From positions 310,001 to 374,000 of the forward strand of contig NIVC01000173.1 of assembly GCA_002269645.1 (NCBI GenBank): 64,000 nt of DNA. The letters run 5' to 3'. Positions 24,963 through 38,364 of this stretch are shown in pieces. The notes beneath the pieces were generated by a model, which worked only from the letters and a program-made list of their open reading frames with translations, was not told where the DNA came from and made no database searches. The DNA is from Macrostomum lignano. Lineage: Eukaryota. The position numbers were made by a program, and so were the translations under genes. The first letter of the stretch is position 1, and each line of letters starts with the position of its first letter.

Positions 24963-25990
24963 AACTCTACGGCCAGCCCGACTGGTGGGGCACCGACGAC
25001 GCCGATGAAGAACGAGAGCAGCAATCTGCGAAACAGAAAAAGCAGCAACAGCCGCCGCCTCAGCCGCCGCCCCCGCCGCCCCCGCAACCAGCGTCGCCGC
25101 CTCGACGTTTGCCGAATCGTCACGCCGAAGCGTTCACGGTGGCTTTGGACCCGTCAGCCGAAGACGCGACATCATCAACCGAGTGTGTCGCTGGCGACGG
25201 CAGCAGCGGAGGCGCCGGTTTCGTCGCCGGCAGCGGCGTGGGCGGCGGCAGCGGCGACGGCCTTCAAGTGACGGACAGTCTAAGCCGGTTTGTGCCGTCA
25301 AAAATTCGTAAAAGCTTCCAGGAGAGGCAGGAAATGAAACGAAAGAAAGTTGAAGAACTGCGCGAGCGAACGCGGCAGCAGCAGCAGCAGCAGGTGCCGC
25401 CGTCGGCGTCTGTTGCTAAGCGCCCGATCGCCGCCTCTAGACAGTCGTCGGCCCCCCTGGCGCCTGGCGCCGTTACTAAACCAACTTCCGGTGGTGCCTC
25501 GGCGCCATCTAGAAATGCTCGAAGCGTCAGCGGCAGCGGAACCGGAAGCGGTGGAAAAGCTTTTTTGTTTGATCGCCTGTTGAAAAGCAACAGTAGGGTT
25601 GGCGGAGGTGGTGGCGCTGGTGCCGGCGCTGCTACGGATCGGCGCCGAACTAGCGCCAATTCTGGCGCCGCTAGTTCAACCGGTGGCAGCGGCGCCGCAG
25701 GTCGGATTAGTATTCGAGATAAGCCGTTGCCGCCGCCTCCGCCGCCGTCTAAAAAGCAGCAAAAACAGAAGCAGCAGCAGCAGCAGCAGCAGCAAAAACA
25801 GCAGCACCCACTATCCGAGCGAGACCTCTACTCAGAAGCTGCTCAATACGAAGATGAGCTGCCCGACGTGGATAATGAGGATGCTGCGAGTGAGACTGGC
25901 ACCTACACAATATCTGAGAGCGGCAGCGCGCACGAGGACGCTGAGTTCAGGCATCTGGAGGCTCTGGCTGACAGTCTCGACGCGGGACAG
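24963..25990 (+). CDS. CEP170: CEP170-like exon 5
   Basis: LYGQPDWWG (CEP170 LYGQPSWWG) and SETGTYTI (CEP170 SDxGTYTI) motifs. Within ORF 24935..26038. Donor CAG|GTGCGA. Confidence 0.88.
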
Positions 25991-26018
25991 GTGCGATTTA
26001 CTTACTTTATTATCATTA

Positions 26019-26515
26019 GGATTGGTTGCTATGGGTAGGATTTGGGATGATTGGTTGCTATGGTTGGGATTTGGGATGATTGGTTGCTATGGGTAGGATT
26101 TGGGATTATTGGTTGCTATGGGTGGGATTTAGGATGATTGGTTGCTATGGGTGGGATTTAGGATGATTGGTTGCTATGGGTGGGATTTAGGATGATTGGT
26201 TGCTATGGGTGGGATTTACGATGATTGGTTGTTATGGGTGGGATTTAGGATGATTGGTTGCTATGGGTGGGATTTGGGATAATTGGTTGCTATGGGTGGT
26301 ATTTGGGATGATTGGTTGCTATGTTTGGGATTTAGGATGATTGGTTGCTATGGGTGGTATTTGGGATGATTGGTTGCTATGTTTGGGATTTAGGATGATT
26401 GGTTGCTATGGTTGGTATTTAGGATGATTGGTTGCTATGGGTGGGATTTAGGATGATTAGTTGCTATGGGTGGGCTTTGTGATAATTGGTTGCTATGGCA
26501 GGGATTCGATTACTG
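26019..26515. repeat. 29-bp minisatellite (TGATTGGTTGCTATGGGTGGGATTTAGGA)
   Basis: Starts about 30 nt after the donor at 25991. Confidence 0.94.
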
Positions 26516-28464
26516 GTTGCTATGAGTGGCAGTTAAAATGATTAGACTCATTACTAATAATGGTTCGCCATCGCATGATGAAGTAAATAAGTTAGTTAAT
26601 TCTCTGCTGCCGCATTAATCTACTTTAGTGTTGAATATTTTTTTAATCAATTTTTCCTATCTCAGTCTCAAGGCTTGTCGATAATTTATGACTCAAAAGT
26701 CGGCACAATAGTACAAATAATATGCATGCGAGTCGCGCTTATTGAGTCGGATTGGCAGATTGGCAGCATGAATATATATATATATGCTAAGTAAGGAAGT
26801 CAGGTCAGAGATGAAAGCAAATTAAAAGCCGTAAAAACTTATTTGCTGCTGCTGAACTCAGCTGCGGAAATCTCCGCCCAATTCCTCCTCTCCCCTATAT
26901 CCCCTTCAAGCCCTTCTTATCGGCGCCGTTATCGTTCCTCAGCACCACAGTTCACCCTCGTAAAAATTCAACTGGGACCAGTTGAATCCAATTTGCACGA
27001 GTGTGGCCGTGCTTGGGGTCTCTGAGTAGGCGAGAGGTCAGAGCAGCTCACCGCGCGGTGATCCATGGTGAGTGAGTATGAATCTGTCAAAGAGTACTAG
27101 ATATTCAACCTGGAGTTATAGATTACTTATTTTGGGTTAATCCTTAGAAATATCGAAATCCCGTTGTTCTCTAAAAGCTATTGAAATTGCAGAATATTAT
27201 CAAACAATAGCAGTAACTTTGTGCGCTAATTCTATCATTAATCATTGCTAGTGCATTAGCAGCAGACCACTATGGAGATATGTACATGTATGCTTAGCAT
27301 AGTGGATTGAAACGCATGTCTATTTTAGCTAGCAAACTATACTATGAGTTATATATTCCAGTTTGTTTCAAAGTATAATAAATTAAAATTTAAAGCCTGA
27401 CGCCACTTCTTTGATTCACCACTTCAGTTCTATTAGATTTCTGCATGCTTACTCAAGTTTCTATGGCTGAGCAGTTAGGTTCGTAATTGGGAGGCCAAGA
27501 GCTAGGCCTGGGACCAATGAAAAATCTTCACTAGAGTTATACTTTAACTTCTCTCCCTCCCGAATTCATCTCTGCTCCATCTCCAGAAATTTAGACTTAA
27601 CTGGAATCTCTATGGACTGCGATCCTTCTTTGTTGCAACAAAGCAGTGTCTGTGTGTAAACCAATTCTAAAAGACAAATTACTATTAACTGGTTGATTAA
27701 TTACATATAATAGGAGAATTAATCTTAATAATAATGAACTTTATCGCTCGGCCGTTAATGCGAATTAAAAAGGTAAGCGGCAGTGGCCTAATTAAGTATT
27801 GGTTATTTTTGTATATTAGACTAGCGCTGCGTGCCCCCCTGTGGGGGCTAGAAGCGGTTTTAGTAAATATTATAAATTATACTACAAGTGTAATAAACTG
27901 GCATCTGACATCCACATCAAGACAAGCTATTCCACCAGCAATAGAACATTTTAGTATAGTCCACTAGTAGTCTTGAGCCCCCCGCCCGTTCGAGAATCAA
28001 CAAATGAAGGACGAAACGTAATTTTCGAAACATATCGTCACTTGCCCCCCTCTCTCTTTCGAGCGCATTGCTGCTCGTAACACTATCTAAATGAAAGCCT
28101 AGTAAAGTACAACCCCACGGCTATTCACCCATTTACCAAAATGTAAAGGCCTGTTGATCATAAATCCTCTCCCTATACTATCCATGCTCTTATTTGAGGA
28201 AGGATTATTGTGTTGGATTTGGTAATGCTCAAACTCGGGCCTATAAATCCCTGCAATGTGATTGCTTTCTTAGCCTCCGGCTTTATCTGCGAGCGAAGCG
28301 AAGCTAGCCATTTCGGAATAATTCCCTTTTTTGCTTACAACAGCAGATAGCAAAAGAGCAAGACGAATGAATTCGCTTTGACCACTGCTGTCTTTTGCGT
28401 CACTGAAAACACTAAGGAATTGTCCCGAGTTCACACTAGATTCAATTCTTGTTACAAATAGAAT

Positions 28465-29220
28465 GAGTCCCAATTCCAAACTTCCATGAGTCCGAATTCC
28501 ACACTTCCATGAGCCCCAATTCCACATTTCCATGAGTCCCATTCCACACTTCCATGAGTTCGAATTACAAACTTCAATGAGTCCCAATTCCACACTTCCA
28601 TGAGTCCGAATTCCACACTTCCATGAGTCCCAATTCCACACTTCCATGAGTCCGAATTCCACACTTCCTTGAGTCCCAATTCCACACTTCCATGAGTCCC
28701 AATTCCACACTTCCTTGAGTCCCAATTCCACACTTCCATGAGTCCGAATTCCACACTTCCATGAGTTCGAATTACAAACTTCAATGAGTCCGAATTCCAC
28801 ACTTCCATGAGTCCGAATTCCACACTTCCATGAGTCCGAATTCCACACTTCCTTGAGTCCGAATTCCACACTTCCTTGAGTCCCAATTCCACACTTCCAT
28901 GAGTCCGAATTCCACACTTCCATGAGTCCGAATTCCACACTTCCTTGAGTCCGAATTCCACACTTCCTTGAGTCCCAATTCCACACTTCCTTGAGTCCCA
29001 ATTCCACACTTCCATGAGTCCGAATTCCACACTTCTATGAGTCCGAATTCCACACTTCCTTGAGTCCGAATTCCACACTTCCTTGAGTCCCAATTCCACA
29101 CTTCCTTGAGTCCCAATTCCACACTTCCATGAGTCCGAATTCCAAACTTTCTGTGCCCCAATTCCAAACTTCCACGAGTTAAAAGTCCCAATTCAAAACT
29201 TAGATGAGTCCCACTTCCAA
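28465..29220. repeat. 23-bp minisatellite (GAGTCCGAATTCCACACTTCCAT)
   Basis: In CEP170 intron 5. Source of the minus-strand ORFs at 28270-29263. Confidence 0.95.
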
Positions 29221-30244
29221 ACTGACGAGTCACAATCACAAGTAAAATCAATCCCATTTTCATACTGTAAGCTAAGTTTTTCAGTACAGTGGACTAGCAC
29301 TAAAAATCCCCATTGGGGGCTACTCGACTAGAATTATTTTCCTCATACAGAAGAGACCCAACCTCTGTCTTGCATCCAATGTAGTTAAAAAATTATACAG
29401 TAGACCTGTACTAAACCGAGTCACGACAACACGACAACTTGACTCATACTCATACTATTATATCATTCTGTTGCACATTTTGTTACACAGTCATTAAGAT
29501 CAGAATATGATAGTGATAATAATAATAAAAAAGGCAAGTCATATCAAAAGATGAACACTGGATCTGCCTCCTTATCAAAAGCAATAACAATTTATGTGCT
29601 GAAAAAATGAAAAACCTCCTATCTCCGTAATGTCTTTTTTTGGTAAAATCTGCCTCCTAAAGTTTTCCAACAAACGTAGTTTCTCGTCCTACTAAAATGG
29701 CCCTTATCTTTAAACCCAAGCAGGTTTATTTATACGCAGATAAGAAAGGGAGAGGTGGATTGCGCGACTGGGGGAAAGAGCTAAAATTGAAGAGCCAATC
29801 AGAAGCCAGCGAGAGGGGGGAGAGAGATGAGAAACTACAGTCAGTCAGAAAACCAGATTGGAGGTTGGACTAGGCAAGGGGTCGGCAGGCAAACTTTTTT
29901 ACATCAAGGGCCAGATAGAGAATATTGACTGCCTGTCGGAATAGAAAAGAGGTAGGAAAGAAGAGGCAGGGGAGAGAGAGGAGAAAGAGAAGACAGCAGA
30001 GAAGAGACACAAACCTTGAACGGGCCGCATAGAAAGGCTTTGTTGAACAATCTGCCATGATTTCACACTTGTGGCCATTAATTCTCACTGATTTCACGCA
30101 AAGATTAGGAGCGGTGGATAGTCACGTGATGAGATTGTACATGTAGTAAATGTACATTTATATGCTTCCACAGAGCAACTGTGGAAGCATATGTATAAAC
30201 AATAGTCTATCAATATCAAAGCACATGAATTTTATTATTCACAG

Positions 30245-31081
30245 GAACTGGAATTGAGGGCCGGGCCCAAATGGGTAACCGATATGGTCAGCGTGAACGG
30301 CGCTGCCGGAGTCGATGCGGCCGCTTCAACTGCGGCAACAACAACAGCAGCAGCGCCAAAGCCAGCGTCCCCGGTTGTTGCATTGAGGCGAGACAGCGAG
30401 GCATCTGACGACACGTGTCATCAGTCTCAGGTGTCGGACGTGCTGTCGTCTGGGCCTATTGATGAAGAGCGCAATAATAAACAGCAACTGTTAGACGAGC
30501 AGCAACGTTCAGCATCCTTGGATACGGCCTGCCTACTGCAGGACACGGCCACTGTTCTTCATCACATGGAGGCCCGCCTAGCAACCAGAGCCGGGGGACC
30601 AGAGCCAGAAAACGACATCAGCAATGCCGCACTGTCGGATCAGGCAGCTTTGCCAACATCGCACAGTCTCCGTTCTCGTCTGTCCGCTTTGCGGGTGGCA
30701 AAGTCTCAGCAGCAGCAGCAGAAATCCACTGCTAGCAGTCGCCAGGCTTTCGAATACGGCCGGCACTCGTTGAAGATGCCAGCCTCCAGTACGCATCCGC
30801 CTCCGGTGTCGAGGAATGCGGTCACCGCTGCCGCCGCCACGGCGACCTCCGCCACGATTTCAACGCCGCACAGAATTCTGTCGGCGGGCTCGCCGTCCGC
30901 CTGGCGCGGCGGTCGTCGGCCGGAAAGTCTGCACGAAGCTCTGGCGACGTCGGCGGCGGCCGCGGGACGTCCGAGTTTGCGCGGCTCTGCGGAGGACGTT
31001 CGAGCCAGTCGGGATGCTCGCCACCGGGGCGGCGGCGGCACGGATCTCAGTCGGGATTTGGAGCGGCTGGCTAGGAGAGAG
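30245..31081 (+). CDS. CEP170: CEP170-like exon 6
   Basis: ORF 30254..31117 with exon-like codon usage. Acceptor TTCACAG|, donor GAG|GTTGGC, phase 0/0. Confidence 0.75.
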
Positions 31082-31233
31082 GTTGGCGCTCTTGTTATAC
31101 CCGAGGCTGCTAATTAGTAGTATGTAGTGTATGTTGATGTATTGATACTACAGATTATTACATATGGCTTTTGTTATCATTTTTACACCTGCCCTAATGG
31201 GCAGATGTGCAACCGACAGCTCAATGACAGCTC

Positions 31234-32613
31234 AATCAATCATGATTCAATCACACACCGCCATCAACCACTCATCAATCACACACTTAGCCATCAATCA
31301 TGATTCAATCACACACTGAGCCATCAATCACTCATCAATCACACACTTAGCCATCAATCACTCATCAATCACACACTTAGCCATCAATCACACACTGAGT
31401 CACCAATCACTCATCAATCACACACTGAGCCATCAATCACTCATCAATCACACACTTAGCCATCAATCACTCATCAATCACACACTTAGCCATCAATCAC
31501 TCATCAATCACACACTGAGCCATCAATCACTCATCAATCACACACTTAGCCATCAATCATGATTCAATCACACACTTAGCCATCAATCACTCATCAATCA
31601 CAAACTGAGCCATCAATCACTCATCAATCACACACTTAGCCATCAATCATGATTCAATCACACACTGAGCCATCAATCACTCATCAATCACACACTTAGC
31701 CATCAATCACTCATCAATCACACACTGAGCCATCAATCATGATTCAATCACACACTGAGCCATCAATCACTCATCAATCACACACTTAGCCATCAATCAT
31801 GATTCAATCACACACTGAGCCATCAATCATGATTCAATCACACACTTAGCCATCAATCATAATTCAATCACATACTGATTGATTAACTTCAACAGTGTGT
31901 GATTGAATTATGATTGATGATACTACAGATTATTACATCTAAGTGTGTGATTGATGGCTAAGTGTGTGATTGATGAGTGATTGTTGGCTAAGTGTGTGAT
32001 TGATGAGTGATTGATGACTCAGTGTGTGATTGATGGCCAAGTGTGTGATTGATGAGTGATTGTTGGCTAAGTGTGTGATTGATGAGTGATTGATAACTCA
32101 GTGTGTGATTGATGAGTGATTGGTGACTCAGTGTGTGATTGATGGCTAAGTGTGTGATTGATGAGTGATTGTTGGCTAAGTGTGTGATTGATGAGTGATT
32201 GATGACTCAGTGTGTGATTGATGGCTAAGTGTGTGATTGATGGCTCAGTGTGTGATTGCTGGCTAAGTGTGTGATTGATGAGTGATTGATGGCTCAGTGT
32301 GTGATTGATGGCTAAGTGTGTGATTGATGAGTGATTGATGGCTCAGTGTGTGATTGATGAGTGATTGATGGCTCAGTGTGTGATTGATGAGTGATTGATG
32401 GCTCAGTGTGTGATTGAATCATGATTGATGGCTAAGTGTGTGATTGATGAGTGATTGATGGCTAAGTGTGTGATTGATGAGTGGTTGATGGCTAAGTGTG
32501 TGATTGATGGCTCAGTGTGTGATTGATGGCTAAGTGTGTGATTGATGAGTGATTGATGGCTCAGTGTGTGATTGATGGCTAAGTGTGTGATTGATGACTA
32601 ATTGATGGCTCAG
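31234..32613. repeat. Inverted pair of 30-bp minisatellite arrays (CATCAATCACTCATCAATCACACACTTAGC and its reverse complement)
   Basis: Forward array 31234-31877, reverse-complement array 31893-32613. Confidence 0.95.
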
Positions 32614-32638
32614 TGATTGGTTACTTTTCCTGTCTCAG

Positions 32639-33173
32639 AGGCTGAAGTGCGAGCTAACCATTCGTCATCCGCATCCAAGCCGGTCCCCATTCCTCTCCAA
32701 ACAGGATCTGAGTGGATTAGGCGCTGCCGCCGGTCGCCAATCGTCTGCTTTCTCGCCGACCACCTCCAACAACAACAGCAGCAGGGCGCCATCCTCCTCC
32801 GTGGTTGTGGTCGGAGGTGGCGGCGACGGCGGCACCTGCGACTGCGCTTGCCACCATGAAGCGGGCAGGCAGCAGCAGCTCAGGCGCGAGGTGGCGGCCT
32901 ACGACTCTGTGCTGCTGTCCAGCCTGGTCAGAATGAGCTGCAAACTGCGTCGCTGCTCTGACGGCCTTCTTGGCCGGCTCCGGAGCAGCCGGCATTTGAG
33001 TCGGACTCCGAGTCCGGCTGAGGACGTCCTGTTGAACAGCCCCGACGCTGCCGGAGCATCCTTAGCGGCTGCCGCGGCTCCGGGGGCGTCGGCTGAAGGA
33101 CGGAGCAGCGACTTGCAGGACAATCTGCAGTCGTGTCTGTACAATTTGCAGGCTGTGCAGTATCATATTCAGA
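32639..33173 (+). CDS. CEP170: CEP170-like exon 7 (CEP170 C-terminal-like region)
   Basis: AYDSVLLSSLVRMSCKLRRCS resembles the CEP170 C-terminal DSxLxSxVxQxSxKIR segment. Acceptor TGTCTCAG|, donor A|GTGAGC at 33174 (read-through stops at 33191-33193). Confidence 0.8.
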
Positions 33174-33289
33174 GTGAGCGGCAGAAGAGTTAGCCAATGA
33201 AAATTGCTTTCTAGATGAGAATCGCCCAGAAACAGAAGTTACTGTACACTAAAATATTGCACCTAATAAATAGTTGCACTAATTAATAA

Positions 33290-34560
33290 TCAGCCTTAAA
33301 AGTATCGCCCAATTTAATGATTACCCTAATCGAAAAATCGCCCTAATTTATGATTAACCTAATCAAAAATTGCCCAATTTAATGATTACCCTAATTATAA
33401 ATCACCTAATTAAAAATCACCCTAATTAAAAATCACCCTAATTAAAAAATCGCCCTAATAAAAAAATCGCCAATTTATTGATTACCCTAATCAAAAATCG
33501 CCCTAATCAAAAATCGCCCTAATCAAAAATCGCCCTAATCAAAAATCGCCCTAATCAAAAATCGCCCTAATCAAAAATCGCCCTAATTTAAGAATCGCCC
33601 AATTTAATGATTACCCCAATCAAAAATCACACTAATAAAAAATCGGCCTAATTAAAAATTGCCCTAATTTAAAAATCGCCTAATTTAATGATTACCCTAA
33701 TCGAAAAATCGCCCTAAATTATGATTACCCTAATAAAACATCGCCCAATTTAATGATTACTCTAATTAAAAATCACACTAATAAAAAATCACCCTAATTA
33801 AAAAATCGGCCTAATTAAAAATTGCCCTAATTTAAAAATCGCCTAATTTAATGATTACCCTAATCAAAAATCGCCCTAATTTAAGAATCGCCCAATTTAA
33901 TGATTACCCCAATCAAAAATCACACTAATAAAAAATCGGCCTAATTAAAAATTGCCCTAATTTAAAAATCGCCTAATTTAATGATTACCCTAATAAAAAA
34001 TCGCCCTAATTTTAGAATCGCCCAATTTAATGATTACCCTAATCGAAAAATCGCCCTAAATTATGATTACCCTAATAAAACATCGCCCAATTTAATGATT
34101 ACTCTAATTAAAAATCACACTAATAAAAAATCGGCCTAATTAAAAATTGCCCTAATTTAAAAATCGCCTAATTTAATGATTACCCTAATAAAAAATCGCC
34201 CTAATTTTAGAATCGCCCAATTTAATGATTACCCTAATCAAAAATCGCCCTAATTAATGATTAACCTAATAAAAAATCGCCCAATTTAATGATTACTCTA
34301 ATTAAGAATCACCGTAATTAAAAATTGTCCTAATTAATGATTTTCCTAATTAGAAATCGCCCCTAATAAAAAATGTCCTAATTAAAAATCACCCCAATTG
34401 AAAATTGTCCTAATTTTAGAATCGCCCCAATTAAAAAATCGCCCTAATTTAAAATTGCCCGATTAAAAAATCACCCCGATCAAAAAATCGCCCCAATAAA
34501 AAATCGCCCCGATTAAAAAATCGCCCCAGTTAAAAAACGCCCTCATGAAAAATCGCCCTA
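33290..34560. repeat. AT-rich compound repeat (AAAAATCGCCCTAAT / ATGATTACCCTAAT)
   Basis: Short degenerate units with larger repeated blocks. Fills the last CEP170 intron. Confidence 0.9.
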
Positions 34561-34630
34561 ATTAAAATCTGGCATAAATGGCCCAAGAGAATCCCTAAAC
34601 AAAAGGCCCAAACAAAACTGATTCCCGCAG

Positions 34631-34809
34631 TAATCGAGCGGGCGATCTTTCCGCAAGCTCAGAGCGGCCGCAACTCGGCCCTCGGCAGCTGCTCCGAAGG
34701 CGATTACCTGGTCGAGCGTGAACGAATTAATAGCGAAGTTCGCGGCTTCCAACCGATTGAGCCGGCGTTCCCGTCTACTCAGCTGAAGTTCTACACAGAC
34801 TATAAGTAG
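34631..34809 (+). CDS. CEP170: CEP170-like terminal exon 8 (IIERAIFPQAQSG...KFYTDYK*)
   Basis: Acceptor TTCCCGCAG| is in phase 1 with the donor at 33174. The joined NLQAVQYHIQIIERAIFP fits the CEP170 'NLxxVExxLxxIxxxIDP' helix. It is a GC-rich island in AT-rich DNA and is absent from the ORF track. Confidence 0.7.
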
Positions 34810-35359
34810 GCATTTTTTAACAAATAATTATTTTACAATATTTTCGTTGCATAGATTACACTATTATACTACTTATTATAATATTCATAAAAGTAGTAGC
34901 TTGTGCCTTTGCTAAGGAATTTTCTAAATCAGCTTATGCCTGTAATTAGTTGTCAAGGATTGGTCGAGCACACAGTTATTAACATATATTGGTATTTTTA
35001 ATTGTCTTTCATTTAAATATAAAATATGCTTCAATCGTTACTAATAGCATTATCCCTGTCTATGCGTCTCTTTTGTTTTTTGTTCATAATTTCTGCTTTA
35101 ACTGAATTCAATCATGTTTAAAATGTTTAATACTTTGTACAGCAGAAAGGAAAGTATTGTTTCTTTGTATATTTATTGTGTCAATATTACTAAAAAGTGA
35201 TAACTTATTTCACTGAGTCTATATTGCTAAGCAATATATTTTTGACAGGAATTCCGAGTATTAATTCATCCTTATATCCTTATCCTTATTTAACAATTAC
35301 ACTCAGCCCAGTTCTGATGTTAATAAATAAGTTAATTGGTTCAACGTCAAAGGCCAAAT

Positions 35360-35830
35360 TTTCCTACTCAGTGGGGGGTCGTGTTGGCGAAGCGCGCTGA
35401 TTGGCTGACGCTGCTCCGCCCCTAATTTCCTTACCCCTCTCTCAGTGGGGGTCGTGTTGAAGCGCGCTGATTGACTGACGCTGCCCCGCCCCTAATTTCC
35501 TTACCCCTCTCTCAGTGGGGGTCGTGTTGAAGCGCGCTGATTGACTGACGCTGCCCCGCCCCTAATTTCCTTACCCCTCTCTCAGTGGGGGTCGTGTTGA
35601 AGCGCGCTGATTGACTGACGCTGCCCCGCCCCTAATTTCCTTACCCCTCTCTCAGTGGGGGTCGTGTTGAAGCGCGCTGATTGACTGACGCTGCCCCGCC
35701 CCTGATTTCCTTACCCCTCTCTCAGTGGGGGTAGTGTTGATAAAGCGCGCTGATTGGCCGAAGCTGACCCTTGTCTGATTTCCTACCCTTCAGTTGGAGT
35801 CGGGGTGATAAAACGGGCTGATTGGCTGAC
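35360..35830. repeat. 70-bp tandem repeat (about 5-6 copies), intergenic
   Basis: Period of 70 bp (AGCGCGCTGA at 35461, 35531, 35601, 35671). Confidence 0.93.
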
Positions 35831-37129
35831 GCTATTCAAACCTAATTGCCTACAACTTGTCTTCTATAATAACACAATTTTTTGCTCTACTTTTGAAACT
35901 TTGTTTCTGGTTGTCACCAAAGTTAATTGCAAACAAAATTTATATTTAATGCCAATTAATTATTTCTCTGCTTTGCGAAAGTTTTAAAATTAACCCGACT
36001 AAAAACCGCAAACCATAACCTTTTTGTGTATTTGTTTTGTTTTCAAATTCTCGTATACACAAGCAAAGTTAGACCAAGTCAATGGGGCGCATTTTTGTTA
36101 TTTTCTTTCTAGTATTTGCCCAGTAATTTAAAAGTACATGATGATTTGCTTTAACGGAGCTTGCTGCTACGTACTTTTAGCTTATTTATATTCTTACTGT
36201 ACTAGTCTGTATGATTCCGCTTTTGATGCTTTTTATTCAACTGCCATCTTAATATAGAAAGTCCAGGAAAGTTTCTTGAAATCGTTTTGAAGGCTCAGTT
36301 TTTTCCCCTAGAAATTCTCCCACATTAACAAAATACAATAGAAAATGCTATTAGTTTATACACTAGTTTTCCTAGCAAAACTTATCGAAAGATTTTTGGG
36401 GAATCTTAGGCCCTCAAAAAGGCGTTTCTAAGAAACAATGTTTTCTAGTGATTCTTCAACAGAGAATGTATTTCCTTTCTACTCTACTCTTAGTATTGTG
36501 TTGCGAACTAATCGTTACTTTTTGTTGGACAACAGAATTTCATCTTGTAATTTATTTGAGTCTCGTTTTGGTTTCCGGTGTTGTCGAAAATTCTTAGAAA
36601 AGGCTCAGTTGATTGCGCTTTTGAAAGCCTTTGACGGGCAGACTGCGATATGATGCTATTATAAAATTATTATATGGTCGTGTATAAATAATGATTATCC
36701 AGAATTTTGATGCACATGTAAAACTGAATTTATTGCCATGATTTTATATTGCGCACTACAACAAAATCTAAAAATAAGTACGTTTTGATTATAAGATTAC
36801 TATTAGTCTGTGATATTCTGAAAATCGGAATCGCTTACTCTATTTAAAAAGGATAGTTGGTATTTTTTATATAAAGCTAGCCGTAGACAGACAGTATAAG
36901 TACATTTTTCAAAAGGATTGGACCTGTTCTATTCGTGCACCTGAGGGTGTGCCAATCAATAAGCCAATGCCTCTGTTGCCTGGCCGCTCTCGAGATTCTT
37001 TTGTTGCAACAGCTCCCATTTACATGTAGAAGAGCCGTTTGTACTTTTGTATTTGACTCTGGTTACCATTGATGGTAAAGCCTGGAGAACAAAATGGGCC
37101 TTGCTTGTACTCGTAAGCTTGCTGAACCT

Positions 37130-37640
37130 GAGCGAGAGGGAAAGAAGTGGAGAGAGGAGGGTAAATGAGAGGGGAAGAAGCGAGGAGAGGAGGGTAAATG
37201 AGAGGGGAAGAAGCGAGGAGAGGAGGGTAAATGAGAGGGGAAGAAGCGAGGAGAGGAGGATAAATGAGAGGGGAAGAAGCGAGGAGAGGAGGGTAAATGA
37301 GAGGGGAAGAAGCGAGGAGAGGAGGATAAATGAGAGGGGAAGAAGCGATGAGAGGAGGGTAAATGAGAAGAAAAGAAGCGAGGAGAGGAGGGTAAATGAG
37401 AGGGGAAGAAGCGGAGAGAGAGGAGGGCAATTGAGAGGGTAGAAACGGTAAATGAGAGGAAGATAGAAAAGGGTAAAATGATCAAATGATCATGATCAAT
37501 GGGTGTAGGGTAAATGAGAGGGTAGAAACGGGTGGAGGGTAAATGAGAGGGTAGAAACGGGTGGAGGGTAAATGAGAGGGTAGAAACGGGTGGAGGGTAA
37601 ATGAGAGGGTAGAAACGGGTGGAGGGTAAATAAGAAGGTA
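37130..37640. repeat. Purine-rich minisatellites (33-bp GAGGAGAGGAGGGTAAATGAGAGGGGAAGAAGC, then a ~28-bp unit)
   Basis: Tandem copies, almost purine-only on the + strand. Confidence 0.9.
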
Positions 37641-38364
37641 AAAATAACAGCAATAATTGCAACGAGCAGGTATTACAAAACTATTGTACACCTATGAATG
37701 CTGTAGTCTGAGATAAATGAGAGCGGGAAAGTATAAAAGAGGAAATTATATTGTGCTAGAAGCACTGTACCGCAGGTGCATGTTACAACGGTATCATCCA
37801 GGGCCACCTCGGTCGCAAATTCACACAAATATACGCTTGCCTGTGAAGGCATCGTGAAGTGAACCGTGAAGATGCCGTGGGGCCGTGCTCATGACTGCTC
37901 AGCCAATCAACTTCATGGCCTATGCTTCACGCCGCCTGGTTTCTGGGGGGTCCGGGGGCCTGTGGCAGGCAGGACTAGGGGGTGAAGAGGCGACGCCCCT
38001 GTGTAGTTTTAGTTTATCCCACTTTCCTCAGCTTTCCCACCAGCCTCCCCAAACCCCCATCCCCCTCTCCTAACACTGCTAGGATGATGGGTGGGGATTT
38101 TTTCAAGCATAACCAGCTACTCAACTCCCCTTTGCCTTCTCCCCGTCCCATCTCTGCCTAATCCGCTCTCCTCTTCGTCCACACGTGTGTGTATATATAT
38201 ACATATACATACGCATAATCTGTAGCCTCCTTTGCTTCCAATCAATTTGCTTCGAGCGCTAAGAAGAGTATAGTATAGGATCAATATAGAATACATAGAG
38301 AGAGGAGACAAACTACTTGAATTGTGATTTTTTCTCTGCTCCCCCAAGGCTGCGCACATTCCGG

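Noticed and set aside
33290-34560. Interstitial telomeric repeat (CCCTAA)
   Set aside because: The hexamers are isolated within longer AT-rich units and never form tandem (CCCTAA)n.
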